Of a stretch of 64,000 nucleotides of DNA, positions 13,206 to 26,527 are shown in pieces. Source of the stretch: Squatina squatina (taxonomy: Eukaryota). Made by a program: the position numbers and the translations under genes. The notes below the pieces were generated by a model. The model had not been told where the DNA came from, ran no database searches, and worked only from the letters and a program-made list of their open reading frames with translations. The stretch lies in the NCBI GenBank assembly GCA_031763465.1, contig JARFOE010000008.1, forward strand, positions 31,115-95,114, read 5' to 3'. Numbering within the stretch: the stretch's first letter is position 1; every line of letters begins with the position of its first letter.

Positions 13206-14180
13206 ATGGCTACTTTTGTGAGTTGGAATGAAACGGTTACCGGATCCTGGGCGGAGATCAACTCATCCAATCAGACTGCGTCCTCGATGGACAATGCCTA
13301 TGATGCAGCGGCTCGGATCAAAACAATCCTTCTTCCCTGTTTCCTTAGCTTAGTAGTTGTATTGGGCATAACTGGGAACTCAATTGCACTGTGGCATATC
13401 ATAGGAATGAAGCAGGTATCATCAGCAAGTGATGTCCTCTTGCTTGACTTAACCATCATAAACATTATGATTATCCTGGCTTCTATACTTTCCTTTATTC
13501 AATTGATACCAGGAAGTGGATTAGTGGAATCATTCCGTGATGCCAGTGTCCTCTTGCATCTATTCAACCTTTACGGCAACCCACCCTTCATGACCTGCAT
13601 TGCTATTGACCAATTCATTGCTGTTGTCCACCCAATCAGGTCTCAAGCCTGGAGAAGGCCACGATACTACGTTGTTCTATCCATTGCCACTTGGCTGGTA
13701 GTGTTGTCCCTGAGCCTGGTGGCCTTTTACATAACGAGAAACCAAATAGCTGGTGAAGTTTCATGCAAGGACATGCAGTTATCATGGAGACCATGTCAAA
13801 TCTTTATGCTATTTTCTGAAATTATATTATTTGTCATCCCAGTCCTGATCCTGTTGATGTGCTATGCCCTGACAGCAAATAAACTGATCAAAGTGGGAGC
13901 TGGGAAGGAATCAATGGAACTGATGAAGAAGAAAGTGCTGAAGACCATTGGGGCAATCTTGGCTCTTCTTCTTTTCTGCTTTGCCCCTTATCACATCCCT
14001 GAACTGTATTTTGAGATTAAGGATCTGCTAGATCCATTGGATCCAGTCTCAGATTTTTACAGGTGCAATGTAAAACTTTACACCTGGACCCTCACTTCTA
14101 TCACTGCCTTCCTCAATCCCTTGCTGTACATTTTCAGGTCCCAGAAGTTTCAATGGAGACCATGCTGCTGCTCTGTGTAA
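13206..14180 (+). CDS. Intronless class A GPCR, P2Y/LPAR6/CysLT-like delta group, with atypical motifs
   Basis: 324-aa ORF with seven hydrophobic segments and N-terminal N-glycosylation sites. Motifs: GN (TM1), NLYG...CIAIDQFIAVVHP (TM3), W (TM4), FVIP...CY (TM5), CFAPYH (TM6), LNPLLY (TM7), and a C-terminal CCC. Confidence 0.9.
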   Translation: MATFVSWNETVTGSWAEINSSNQTASSMDNAYDAAARIKTILLPCFLSLVVVLGITGNSIALWHIIGMKQVSSASDVLLLDLTIINIMIILASILSFIQLIPGSGLVESFRDASVLLHLFNLYGNPPFMTCIAIDQFIAVVHPIRSQAWRRPRYYVVLSIATWLVVLSLSLVAFYITRNQIAGEVSCKDMQLSWRPCQIFMLFSEIILFVIPVLILLMCYALTANKLIKVGAGKESMELMKKKVLKTIGAILALLLFCFAPYHIPELYFEIKDLLDPLDPVSDFYRCNVKLYTWTLTSITAFLNPLLYIFRSQKFQWRPCCCSV

Positions 14181-16070
14181 CATGTTCAAAACAATGACCC
14201 ACACGCTCAAATCAACAGGGGCTGGGTTACAGTATATGATCTCACATTCTCCTTTTCCACACTGAGTTCAGAGAGAATGTGCTGAAGGCAGGGACACCCG
14301 GAGCAACCTTGTTTGGGCCAATATTTGCGGATGAGCAAATACTCCGAGAATGTAAACAGACTGAACTTGCCCGAAGTGCAATCACTCCGAACTTAGCATG
14401 TGTTTCTGCCTAGAACGAAGTTTTACATTTATCCATCAACGTTACTTACTCATGTAGTTGTTATCTGTCCATCTATCTTTCTATCACGACAACTATCTTT
14501 TAACCATATGTGCATCTCTAGCCAAGTATCTGATTATTAATGCATCTTAATACTGGGACATGGAATGAAAGCCCTGGTTTACCCTTGGAGTTTATTTCTG
14601 GAATTAAGTTATTATGATCAGTAGCGTCAAAGGGTTCACCCTGGGCTTGTTGTGGGGTGGCGTCTTCCATTCAGAGAGACAGGAAGAATGTGACAACTGG
14701 CTTCAATACGACTGTGCTCGAGGGACCGGCGAGGATATTTTGAGATTGCCACTCCTGAAGAATGTCCAGTAAAACCTGAGTCAATGATGAGGGGAGACAT
14801 GACCTGGCAACCATCTGATGATCCCCGCCCTCCACTCCCCCCACACAGACGAATATCCGTCACACCTTCAATGTTCCGGGTTTCTAACGGAAGAATAGAA
14901 AATGGGTCCAACTCTGGAAGATTCACCTGCCCACCTTGAGACCACAGTAGGAGAGTGCACTGTATAGACCTGGGGGAAAGCTGCAAGAAGTGAAATTGTG
15001 GACTTCAAAGAACCTGCAACTACCGTCAGCCCTTCAGCCTCACGGCAGCTGTTCAGCGTTGCAGAGTTTGTTGACCATACAATGTACCACTTGCTTAAAT
15101 TATGGCTTAAATATTACAAATTCAATATTAATTTTGATGATCAGTGTACAATTGATGGAAATTCTAAATAAAAGGTGGGGGGGTCAGGATAAATGTAACT
15201 TACGATGATTATAACGTATTACATTCAGGTTAATTGTGAGGTAGGGTGACGTGGAACAATTGAAGGTCAAAAACCAGCAGAGTCTATCAACTGGATCCCA
15301 GCTGGTTGTCCCCTCTTGGAACTAACTCAAAGTGCGCCCTCCTGTATAATGCATGAAACAGGATTTGTGGGGTTCCTTTAATGGGACTCTGGATGTGCGC
15401 GACATGAATACACTAAAAACGCTAAACTGGGATATATGTTACTGCCGAATACAAGGATTATCATTGCTTTAGATGATTACTAGTCGACCTCACCTGGCGT
15501 TTCACATAGAGAGCAGATACTAAGTGCAGCGTTCAGCTAGAAGGGGGTTGAATGGCTGGGAGAGAAGTAGACCAGAGGAGTGCAGAAATAATGCAGACCC
15601 CATTTTAACGTCAAACATGCTGCCTTCATTTCAATAGAATGTTTTGGTTTCACATTATTATTTATAGCTAAGTAGCAAGTCTTAGGGTACTTTGGGAAAC
15701 AGAGAAATAGAGTTGAATCCAACACAGGAAATCCTCTGCTGCAGAGGCGGGGAAGCCAAACTGAGGGATTACAGTGCATCGCTGTCCGTAGGGTGCAATT
15801 ACAACGTGGCACATTTACATAGGCAATTTGCATTATAAATGAAGAGATAGGAATTTAATATGAGAGCAGTTGGCACAAATTACGCAAGGATACGAGGTTT
15901 TTTTAAGATATTATGGGCCGATATATTGTGGACTCGTAGCTTGTTATTGTGACACCTCGCCGAGGGCAGCNNNNNNNNNNNNNNNNNNNNNNNNNNNNNN
16001 NNNNNNNNNNNNNNNNNNNNNNNNNNNNNNNNNNNNNNNNNNNNNNNNNNNNNNNNNNNNNNNNNNNNNN

Positions 16071-16330
16071 GCCAACCAGCTCTCTATCCACATCAATACA
16101 TTACCCCCAATACCATGTGCTTTAAGTTTGCGCACTAATCTCTTGTGTGCGACCTTGTCAAAAGCCTTCTGGAAGTCCAAATACACCAAATCCACTGGTT
16201 CACCCCTGTCCACTCTACTAGTTACATCCTCAAAAAATTCTAGAAGATTTGTCAAACATGATTACCCTTTCATAAATCCATGCTGATTTTGACCGATCAT
16301 GGCACTGCTTTCCAAATGCGCTGCTATTTT
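16071..16330 (-). mobile_element. CR1 LINE RT fragment
   Basis: TNLLEFFEDVTSRVDRGEPVDLVYLDFQKAFDKVAH...WIESWL. Confidence 0.9.
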
Positions 16331-16686
16331 TTCATTTATCTGGTCAAATTTTGAGCACCTCCCACTGATCTCCTTTTACCCTTTGTTCTAATGAAAAGTG
16401 CCCCAGTTTCTCCAATCTCTCCTGATAACCAAAGGCTCTTCCCTGGTATCATCTCAGTGAGTCTCTCTGCATCCTCTCCATGGCCTCGATATCTTTCCTG
16501 CTGTAAGGTGCCCAAAACCTGACACAAGATTCAACTGCAGCCTAGCCCATGATTTCTACAGGTTTACATGACATCTGTCCTTTTGTACTCTACACCCCTA
16601 TTTATAAAACTTGCAATCCCATGGGCATTTAACCACTTCATCAACTTGTCCTCCCACTTTTAAAGGTCTGTGTCTCTGAACCCCTT

Positions 16687-17450
16687 GTCGGTTTTAGAGA
16701 TATTAACATAACATGGTTAACATACATTGACTTAAATTGGCTGATATAATGTGCATTATGAGAAAGAGAAGTTTGATCTGAGTGAGAAACTCAAATAGGA
16801 GCTTCACTGCAGACAGGTCGCCATAGAAACTCTGATAAGGCATTCCGTTCCACTGAACCCACTGGTTGGAATCTGTCATCAGATCAGGGGAAAGAACAGG
16901 GTTTGTCTGTTATTAGCCATAATATAAACTTAAACCAGAGTGAGTAATAGAATCGATTAAATTACAAAAGTGTGATGTTTATACCTATAATTGGGAAATT
17001 GTTAAAAATAATATTATTAAGAGCAGGCGGGATAGTTTAGGGATAATGAGAAAATTACTGAAGAAAAGTAACTGCTGGGAACCAGGGAAAGTGTCATTGA
17101 AAATCACAGATTGGAGAAGTTCCAGCTGTCTTTTCCCAGCTTCCTGCCAAAACCCAGAAGAGAAGACAAAGAGTCCGGTGCCAGAGATGTATCACCGCAG
17201 GGTATAAAAGTAAGGGGACACTGATGTAAGGGGGCAGTCGGGACTGGGGACACCGCAGATCAAGCTCAGGGCGCCCGAGGTTCCATCCAGTGGGCTGACC
17301 TCGTGTCAATTACTGTGGACACGCAGGAAATGCATGTTTACTCTCTTCCTCTTGAGATTATTATGATTATACTGGTTAATTAAGAGTTGTAGGTGCTATT
17401 TTAGAAATAATAAAAGCAGTAATGTTTCGATGAAAAAGTGAGACATTTGT
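16687..17450 (+). mobile_element. LTR-like element adjoining a CR1 3' fragment
   Basis: Starts TGT, has TATAAAA at about 17203 and AATAAA at about 17409. A near copy with the same CR1 flank is at 47797-48621. The 3' boundary is uncertain. Confidence 0.4.
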
Positions 17451-18319
17451 TGAATTTACAACTATGCTTTTGTTCCTGAAATAGTCTAAGAAAATTACTG
17501 GATTGGAAAAACATCACCTGAAGGAAAATGTCAGATCAGTGAAGGAAGGTCATTTATGTATTGAACAGCATTGCAGGGTTGATGTCATTTTCATTTTCCC
17601 ATGTGTATTCTGCATACATGTATGAACCTAATTTGCATCCTATTACAGGAACATTTGTATGCGGTTTTGATTTGGTATACTTAGGAGTACTGTTAAGGGT
17701 TGAGGGAGGAAAAATTAATTAATTACAGGAAGATAACTCCTGATTGGGGCTCTGTTTATGAACTTGAAACGTTAAACATTGTGGAAAATGAAAGTGGAAA
17801 AGAAGTAAATACTTGAACAAGGTTCCAACTGATGTGATGGAAGAGTGACTAATACTAATTGCTGTAAGGAATTCATAAGTGACTGATCCATGTGGAGTGG
17901 GAAGAGGCACCATGCTGTGTGATTGTTACTGCTGGGAGAAATCATAGACTACAGGCAATAAGAGGTTTTAAGAATGAAATAGAAAAAGATTTCAAGATAG
18001 TAAGAAAGCAGTGGTGTCATAATCAATTCTAAGCTGCCACAGGGTAAAGCAAAGTCTAGTAATGGCCTAGAATTTATGGTTGGAAAGATTATGTAGGAAA
18101 GAAGAGAGTGGGAAATGGGGACCTTTTTGGTAAATATTTAATTGGAATGGACCACACTTAAATTGAAAGCATTAAATGATGAAGGAAAATAAAAAATACT
18201 ATAAGATGGAGTAAGTATTNNNNNNNNNNNNNNNNNNNNNNNNNNNNNNNNNNNNNNNNNNNNNNNNNNNNNNNNNNNNNNNNNNNNNNNNNNNNNNNNN
18301 NNNNNNNNNNNNNNNNNNN

Positions 18320-19457
18320 GAGTCCCATCTGCAAATCCTCCCCTTCTAATACCCTGTAAAATGAAATTAAAACAGGAAAAAGGGAAGGTGAGAGAGAACC
18401 CACAAAAAGAGGCAGGTTAGGAAATTGAAGTTAATAAATCTGCTAATTTGTGGGGTTGGCACGAGAACAAAGTGACTGTGAAAGTGGCCGGATTGTCGTA
18501 AAAACCCAGCTGGTTCACTAAAGTCCTCAGGGAAGGGAACCTGTCACCGATCTGGGCCTATACAAGACTCTGGCCTCTACGGGTGGAGAGAGGTGGGAGG
18601 GGGTGAAGGAGAGGGACTTTTTACATCTGCAACTTGGCTATAACATTGACAGAACCTCCCAAACCCATGACCTCTACCGCCTAGAAGGACAAGGGCAGCA
18701 GGTGCATGGGAACACCATCCAATTTTCCTTCCAAGCCACACACCATCCCGTCTTGGACATATATCGCTGTTTCCACATCGTTACTGAGTGAACCTCCTGG
18801 AACTCCTTTCCAAACAGCACTGACAGAGTACCTTCACCACACAGACTGCAGCAGTTTAAGAAGGGCCACCACCACCTTCTCAACAGGAAACTGGGGATTG
18901 GCAATATATGATGGCCTTACCAGCGATGCCCACATCCCAAGAATCAATTAAAACAAATCTGTATAAGTAAAATGAGTTAAAAGCCTCTATTGAATTACTT
19001 TTGCCAAAAACAAAACTCTTTCATATTGTTCATGCAGTGACAGTATCACACTGAAAATCGTTGGTCCTACTGGCCTCAAAAGTACTTGGGGTTAAACCCA
19101 GCAGCTTCTCCATTATCTCCACTCCAGCTCAAACTGATGCAACAAACAGACCTATACAGGAAGCCAGGGACCGACTTTCGCATCCAGCGCCCGCCCTGTT
19201 GCAAATCGGCTCTTAATTGTTCCTTCTGTGTTTCCAGATTCGGTTCTGTGAGCAACGTGTGCAATGAAACAAAAGCAAAATACTGCGAATGCTGGAAATC
19301 TGAAATTCTTACATCATTTTTCAGGCTGTGTAACTGGTTAAAGCTCTTCCCACACTCTCACTCGGGTGTGTGTGTGTCTCGGTGCTTTTCCAGTCACACT
19401 GATGTTTGAAATCTTTTCCAACAGACAGAACAGACAAACATGTCTCCTTCCACAGTG
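18320..19457 (-). other. Inverted paralog of the intron/5' region of the zinc-finger gene at 20500-21615
   Basis: Reverse-complement similarity of 19050-19290 to 20560-20790 and of 18320-18560 to 21290-21540. Confidence 0.65.
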
Positions 19458-19578
19458 AAAGGCTGATGCATGGAGTGANNNNNNNNNNNNNNNNNNNNNN
19501 NNNNNNNNNNNNNNNNNNNNNNNNNNNNNNNNNNNNNNNNNNNNNNNNNNNNNNNNNNNNNNNNNNNNNNNNNNNNNN

Positions 19579-20235
19579 AAACCCCTCTCCCCAGTCTCCT
19601 CCACCCTCGCCTCCCATAAGTGCAAGGAGCTCCTGGACTTCTTTGGTCCAAGATCAGCTGTCTCTGCCACTTCCCTTCCTTCCCCTAGCCCAGCGAGCCA
19701 AACTTTCTGTAAGGCTTCCTCCCTGCCCTAGCCCTGAACTCACATCTTTCTCCAGTTTCTCTCCAATCTCCTGCTCATCTTGTCCATGACACCTGCTTCC
19801 TGCTCCCTTGACCCTATTTCCACTAAATGCAGACCACCCAACATCCTTTTCTGGCTCCCATGTTAGCTGACATAGTTAACTGCTCTCTCCCCTCTGGTTC
19901 TGTCCCCTCTTCTTCAAATCAGCCATCACCCCTCTCAAAAAAAAAACCTTGACCTCTCCACCCTCCCTTTCCTCTCCAGTCCTTGAATGTGTATAGTCTC
20001 CATGCCCACCTTTCCCAGAACTCCATGTTTGAATTGCTCCAATCTGGTTTCTGCCCTTGCCACAGTACCAAAATGGCATTCAGAATCACAAATGACATCC
20101 TTCATGACTCTGACAAAGGTAAACTATCCTTCCTCGTCCAGTTTGCACCCTTGAACACTGTTGACCAGTCCATCCATCTTCAACGCCTCTCCACTGTCGT
20201 CCAGCTGGGTGGGACAGCACTCGCCTGGTTCCATA
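19579..20235 (+). mobile_element. L2-type LINE ORF2 fragment
   Basis: QSGFCPCHSTKMAFRITNDIL...DKGKLS...LAWF. Homologous to 43562-44472. Confidence 0.75.
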
Positions 20236-21614
20236 AGTAGGAGCAGGAGTAGGCCATTCGGCCCGTTGAGCCCGCTCTGCCATTCAATTGGATCATGGNN
20301 NNNNNNNNNNNNNNNNNNNNNNNNNNNNNNNNNNNNNNNNNNNNNNNNNNNNNNNNNNNNNNNNNNNNNNNNNNNNNNNNNNNNNNNNNNNNNNNNNNCA
20401 TTAGTCCATGGCTGTGGGTCATGATTTTATTACATGCTGAAGGGAAGGTCAGCATCCTGAACCGTTAACTCGGTTACTCTCTCTCCACAGATACTGCCTG
20501 ATCTCCTGCGCATTTTCAGCATTTTCCACTTTTATGTCAGATTTCTAGTCCCTGCAGTATTTTGCTTTTGTTTTATTGCATTGTTCACAGAACCGAGTCT
20601 GAAAAAACAGAGCGACCAGTTCAGAACCGGTCTGTATCAGGGTGGGCGATGATGAGGAAGTCGGTCCCTGGCCCTCCTGTGTCGGTCTGTTTGTTGCATC
20701 AGTTTGAGCTGGAGTGGAGATGGAGGAGAAGTTGCTGGGCTTAACCCCGAGTACTTCTGAACCCTATAGGGCCCAACAATTTCCGATGTGAGAGTGTTAA
20801 TGGAGGTCGATTCTAGGAGAGATTAGGTTGCTAACCAGACACTGTCTGTACAATGTAAAACAGTATTTAGGGACAAGAATTGCTGTAGTTTAATTTACAG
20901 ATTTATTTTCATTCATTCTTGGGATGTGGGTATCATTAGCAATGCCAGCATATATTTCCATTTGCCCCTTGACGACGTGATGATGAGCTTTCTTCATGAC
21001 CAGCTGCAGTCCATGTGGTGAAAGTATTCCCACACTGCTGTTAGGGAAGGAGTTGCAGAATTTTCACCCAGTGATGAAGGAACGGCGATATATGTCCAAG
21101 TCAGGATGGTGTGAGACTTGGAGAGGAACTTGGTGGTGATGGTGTTCCCATGCACCTGCTGCCCTGGTTCATCTTGGTGGTAGGGGTTGCGGGTTCTGGA
21201 GGTTCTGTCAAAGTACTGGTCGACTTGCAGATGTATAAAATCACTCACCTTCACCCCATGCACCTCTCTCTCCTCCCATAGAGGCCCGAGTCTTGTGTAG
21301 GCCCAGAACAGGTGGCAGATTCCCTTCCCTGAATGACATTAGTGACCATTTGGGTTTTTATGACAATCTGGCAGCTTTCACGGTCACTTTTATCGAGTGC
21401 CGGCCCCACGAATAACCAGATTCATTGAGCTCAATTTCACAACCTGCCTTTGTGTTTTTTGTGGGTTCTCTCTCACCCTTTTTCCTGTTTGAAATTCATG
21501 TTACAGGGTGTTGGATAGGGAGGATTTGTGACTGGAAGCTCAAACCAAATAGCACACCAAGATCTGACGGAGTCACTCGATTCACCAGGACTGGATTATT
21601 ATCGGCCTTTGAAC

Positions 21615-22316
21615 ATGGAAGCAAAAAGCACCGTTCACAGTGGGGAGAAACCATACATGTGCCCTGTGTGTGGACGAGGCTTCAGCCGATCATCCAACCT
21701 GGAAAGACACAAGCGCAGTTACACCGGGGAGAGGCCGTTCACCTGCTCTGAGTGTGGGAAGGGATTCATTCATTCATCCGACCTGCTGATACACCAGCGA
21801 GTTCACACTGGGGAGAGGCCGTTCACCTGCTCCGAGTGTGGGAATGGTTTTGTTCGGTCATCTGACCTGCTGACACACCAGCGAATTCACACTGGGGAGA
21901 GGCCGTTCACCTGCTCTGAATGTGGGCAGGGATTCACTCAGTCAACCAACCTGCTGAGACACCAGCGCATTCACGCTGGGGAGAGGCCATTCACCTGTTC
22001 AGAGTGTGGGAAGAGATTCACTTGTTCATCCCACCTGCTGACACACCAGCGAGTTCACACTGGGGAGAGGCCATTCATCTGCTCCGACTGTGGGAAGGGC
22101 TTCACCACATCATCTGACCTGCTAAAACACCAGCGAGTTCACACTGGGGAGAGGCCGTTCACCTGCTCCGAGTGTGGGAAGGGATTCACTCGGTCAACCA
22201 TCCTGTTGGCACACCAGCGAGTTCACACTGAGGAGAGGTCATTCACCTGTTCAGAGTGTGGGAAGGGATTCACTTGGTCATCTAGCCTGTTGAGACACCA
22301 GCGAGTTCACAAGTGA
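21615..22316 (+). CDS. C2H2 zinc-finger protein (7 intact fingers plus 1 degenerate, no KRAB visible)
   Basis: ATG at 21615 ([13 protein letters not shown]). Repeated CxxC...HxxxH fingers with TGERPF linkers, ending HK-TGA; AATAAA at about 22450. Upstream exons may extend the N-terminus. Confidence 0.88.
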   Translation: MEAKSTVHSGEKPYMCPVCGRGFSRSSNLERHKRSYTGERPFTCSECGKGFIHSSDLLIHQRVHTGERPFTCSECGNGFVRSSDLLTHQRIHTGERPFTCSECGQGFTQSTNLLRHQRIHAGERPFTCSECGKRFTCSSHLLTHQRVHTGERPFICSDCGKGFTTSSDLLKHQRVHTGERPFTCSECGKGFTRSTILLAHQRVHTEERSFTCSECGKGFTWSSSLLRHQRVHK

Positions 22317-24414
22317 CTGCAGTGGTTGGATTTTGCTGTTAATTACTTTCAGGACTGAGCCACGTTCATTCTGACAGTTGGGGTTTGTTTCTGCTGAATT
22401 TAATAACCCCAATAATTTGGCTGGAGTTTAATATTCTGGATAGATGTCAAATAAACCAGGTTTGCTTCAAACACATTNNNNNNNNNNNNNNNNNNNNNNN
22501 NNNNNNNNNNNNNNNNNNNNNNNNNNNNNNNNNNNNNNNNNNNNNNNNNNNNNNNNNNNNNNNNNNNNNNNNNNNNNGGGGCCCTCGACCTCCTGGACTC
22601 CACAGCTGCCATCACTTGACACTCAGAAGCACAGCACTTGCCAAAACAAAGGCTACTCATCACGCACGAGCTCAGAATTGACTGACCAAAACAGTACTTG
22701 AGTCTCCAGAAAAGCCCCTTTAAGGTATAAGCTGGCCTGACAAATAATTGCAGCTCCTTAGATCGGTTGGTGAATTGGCCCACTGAAACTAGTAAAGTTC
22801 AAACAGCGCTGATCAGGAACACATTTTCATTCATTTTTTAACCAGTTTTTAACCTGCCCAAAACGATTTCTCAAAGTGGCGATTACTGCAAAATAGTGGG
22901 GTAGCGCAAAACAGGTGCAAAAATTACACTTCTTGATCCCCTTGCATTTAAAACATAGGAAAGATCAATCAGGATCCATCTCTACTTCTGAATGTGCGAC
23001 ACAGGCTGAACCCAGAGCTGCTCCGTTTAAGATCAGGAAGCCTCATTAACATGGTCAAGTTGTCTGTTGCATCTTCCCTTTACCCACATCTGGCAAAACA
23101 ACTTTTCATGACCTAGTTTTTTGAGGGGAAAATGGAAAACCACAGGATGTTAGTAGTATTGATCAAATGAAATAAATTTCATGATGAAATATTTTGCGAT
23201 GGTAACCCCGAACAACAGTTTCCATTTAGTGCTTTTTGAGATAAGTGGAAGATGGCAGCATAACCTTCGATTGTATCAGTTATTTTAATGTTTCTCCAAA
23301 CCTTTGTGTGCTCGCTGTGTGTGAGAGTGGGAGAAGGGGTGTTGTAAAGCATTGGTAACAGTAGAAAAATAGAGAGGATAGCAATCCTGGAAATATCCCA
23401 ATCAGAAAGCGATTGAAATGTAACACGAGACAGTCAACATCTGAAGGAGAGGTCAACACTTTACTGGGAGAATTCAGCGGCTGAGAGCTTTTAAGATTCA
23501 TTAATTCACCGGCTGTTTTATTGAATAATTTTCATTTTTTTATCGGATTAATAGACCCTGGACACTATCCTTATATTCAGTGGAAAGGAACCTCTGGTGT
23601 AAATAAAACGATTTTCATCAACTTAAGATCAATCATTGCCCTTCAAACTCAAAGTACTATATTTTATTCCGGGTGCTATTTTTGCAATGTATTCACACAT
23701 TTTCTGAAAATGTAGCACATTTGCTTTCACCATAACGAAGTATTTAGCAGCGTGGTGCTTAATTCAAATCTCGCTGACACCTTCACTGAATTATCAATAA
23801 CGTATCCAGTCGTCCTGGTTCTAAAATACTTCCAATCGTACCAGTTCTTCAAATGAAACTGTTTGGTGCAGATGGTAGTCCTATTGGCATCGTGGACACC
23901 AGGGATAGTGAGAATCAGCAAGAGTTACTGCGACTAGGATATGACTTTAGTAATCTGTGTGTACATAACATGTGGGAACAGGAATCGGAGAGAGGAAGAC
24001 AAAATGCATTGATTGATAAATTCCACAAAATACATGTAAATTGAGTAGAAATACTTCTGACCAAAATAAGGAGACAAATCAGAATCTAACAGATTGCGGT
24101 GGAATAAAATTTGAACACCATAAATTTGAAAACATTCTTTAAAGTTCCGAGTTATCTGATACTAGGGTTTAATATTATTAAAATTCAAAGTGCTTTCTGC
24201 CGCTTGAACCACCTTGACACTCCTTTTCCTGACAGAGGTTAAAATAAAAGTGCTTTCTGCGACTTGTACCAACCTGAGGTTCATGTTTCTGAGAGTCCAT
24301 CCTGGCCATTCTGGAGAAACATCAACAGAAATCGGAATAAGAGTAATATCAAGATACTTGGAACCTTAACCATGATTTTTCGGGAGTTCTACTTAAATAT
24401 TCAAATTTACCATT

Positions 24415-24725
24415 TTCCCTCTCTGTCTCTTTCGCAACCGAGCTCTTTCTGTCTCTGACTCTCCACACTAAATCTCTCTCACTGTCTGTGTGTGTGTGTG
24501 TTTCTCTCTCTCTCTCTCTCTCTGCGTGTGCGCACATCTTTTTCTCTGTCTCACTATATCACTCACACACTCTCTCTGTCTCTGTCTCTCCGAGTGTCTG
24601 TCTCTCTCTCTCTCTCTGCGTGTGTGCGTGTCTCTTTCTCTGTCTCACTATATTACTCACTCTCTCTCTCTCTGAGTGTGTCTGGGTCCCTTTCTCTATC
24701 TCAATATTTCTGTTTCTCTCTCTCC
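24415..24725. repeat. (CT)n/(GT)n microsatellite-rich tract
   Basis: Visible TC/TG dinucleotide runs. Confidence 0.9.
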
Positions 24726-24999
24726 AGCGATTATATGTCAGTTATCACTTGCTGAAGTGAAGTGGAATGCGCCATCTGCACTGCCCCACCAACCATTTCA
24801 ACTTCCCATACAACACTGGTGAGATGCCGGATGAAGCTCCCTTTCTGCTGCCCCACTAAAGTCACTAATGTCAGCTACTGATTTGTGAAATGCCATGTGA
24901 ATTTATATGAATAGAGTTCCACCAGATGCTCAAACAGTAGCTTCAAAAAGTGTTGGAAGACAGTAATTCTTCGCAAAAAGCATTCATCAGGGACGTTTT

Positions 25000-25355
25000 G
25001 CACGAGTTAGATACAGAGTAAAGCTCCACCTACATTGTCCCATTAAACACTCCCAGGGCAGGTGCAGCAAGGGTCAGATATATAGTAATGCACCCTCTGC
25101 ACAGTCCCATGAAACACTTCCATAGCAGGTACAGTATCAGTTAGTTGCAGAGTGAAGTATCCTCCACACTTTCGCATCAAACAGTCCCAGGGTGGGTGCA
25201 GCATGGGTTAGATAACGAGTAAAGCTCCCTCTACACAATGCCATCAAACATTCCCAGAGCGAGAACAGCAAGTGTGAGATACAGTATAAAGCTCCCTGTA
25301 CACTGCGACATTGAACACTTCCAAGTCAGGTACAGCACGGGTTCGATACAGAAGA
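25000..25355. repeat. ~67-bp minisatellite, about 5.5 copies
   Basis: GTTAGATACAGAGTAAAGCTCCCTCTACAC...AAACACTCCCAGGGCAGGTACAGC recurs at about 25006, 25072, 25140, 25207, 25274 and 25341. Confidence 0.85.
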
Positions 25356-26199
25356 AGGTGTTGCAACAAACACTTACATGTCAGCTGCGGCAACCGTTAA
25401 ATAAATGTCAATGCTTCCTTTATTCCGCCCCATAAAAGACCATGATGTCGGGAGCACCATCGCTGATATGCAGAATATTTCAGATCGATCCTGTTCCTGA
25501 TTGAGCCGGAAACATACTGATCAAGAAGGTTCTTCGGAACACACGTCAGAAATTCTCCTCCCCCACCCGGCTTTTACCTCTGTTACTATCCCAATCTAAA
25601 CGTTAACAGTTTATTGCTCCCATTGTCACTACTTGATAGTTCTTGCACCTCTCTGTAATTTCCCTGTATGTTCCCTGTAAAGCGCCTTCTGGAGTCTTCT
25701 CACTAAGTGACAGCCTGCAGAATATATCTAGTAGTGCAATGGAAACTCTTTTTTTTCTAAGGCTCACTAACTAGATTTGTCCTTGTCCCATCCTGGACAT
25801 CGTCTCTCTCCAGCGCTGTAACATTCTCCTCAACCAATACTGGCACACCTCATCTTTTCTTTCCTTCCCTATCTTTCCCAAACTCCTGATTTCCAGGAAC
25901 ATTTAGTACGCAATCCTGCTCTTTCCTTAGCCAGTCTCCGTTATTTCCATGCATCATATTCCAATGTGGCTATTTGCACCTGAAGATCACCAACATTATT
26001 TCCCATGCTTCGTGCACATGCATGGTAAACCTCGATTAGACCTTCTCTATCAGTCTGACCTCACCTAATACCTTACTATTCTTTACTCTCGTGCTATCTC
26101 TCTCTCTCCCAACCCTTTGTGCAGTTTGTTTCTCCGTTCTGATTGTACGCTGTGGTGACCATCTGCAGCGAAATTAGTTGATACCTGCCCAACAGCGTG

Positions 26200-26527
26200 C
26201 ACAACGTATCTTGCTCTCATCCAGCCTCCCACCCACCCCCACCGCCAGAATATTGTTCCGTGCCTCTGTTCAGGTGCAACCCGTCCGGCCTGCACAGGTC
26301 CCACCTGCCCCAGAATCCGTCCCAATACCCCAGGATTCTAAAGCCCGCCCTCCTGCACCATCTCTCTCGCCACGCTTCATCTACTCTGTCCTGCTACTGC
26401 TGGGCTCACCAGCTCGTGGCACCGGGAGTGATGTGGAGATTATTACCTTTGATGTCCTGCTTTTTAATCTCATTCCTATCTCCCCAAAAATGCCTGCAGG
26501 AGCTAACCCCGCCTTCTATCTTGTTAT
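26200..26527 (-). mobile_element. CR1 LINE ORF1 (SGNH esterase) fragment abutting the last RSS
   Basis: The minus strand encodes degenerate RLKSRTSKVIIS..LPVPRA...W..RWCRRAGFRILGYWDGFWGRWDL..PDGLHLN, typical of the CR1 ORF1 esterase. Confidence 0.75.

Noticed and set aside
14600-15970. Possible retroviral or other coding remnant
   Set aside because: Only short interrupted ORFs and no motif I can recognise; a translated homology search would be needed.
23280-24050. Short ORFs such as 23853-24044 as exons of an unknown gene
   Set aside because: No recognisable domain or convincing splice structure.
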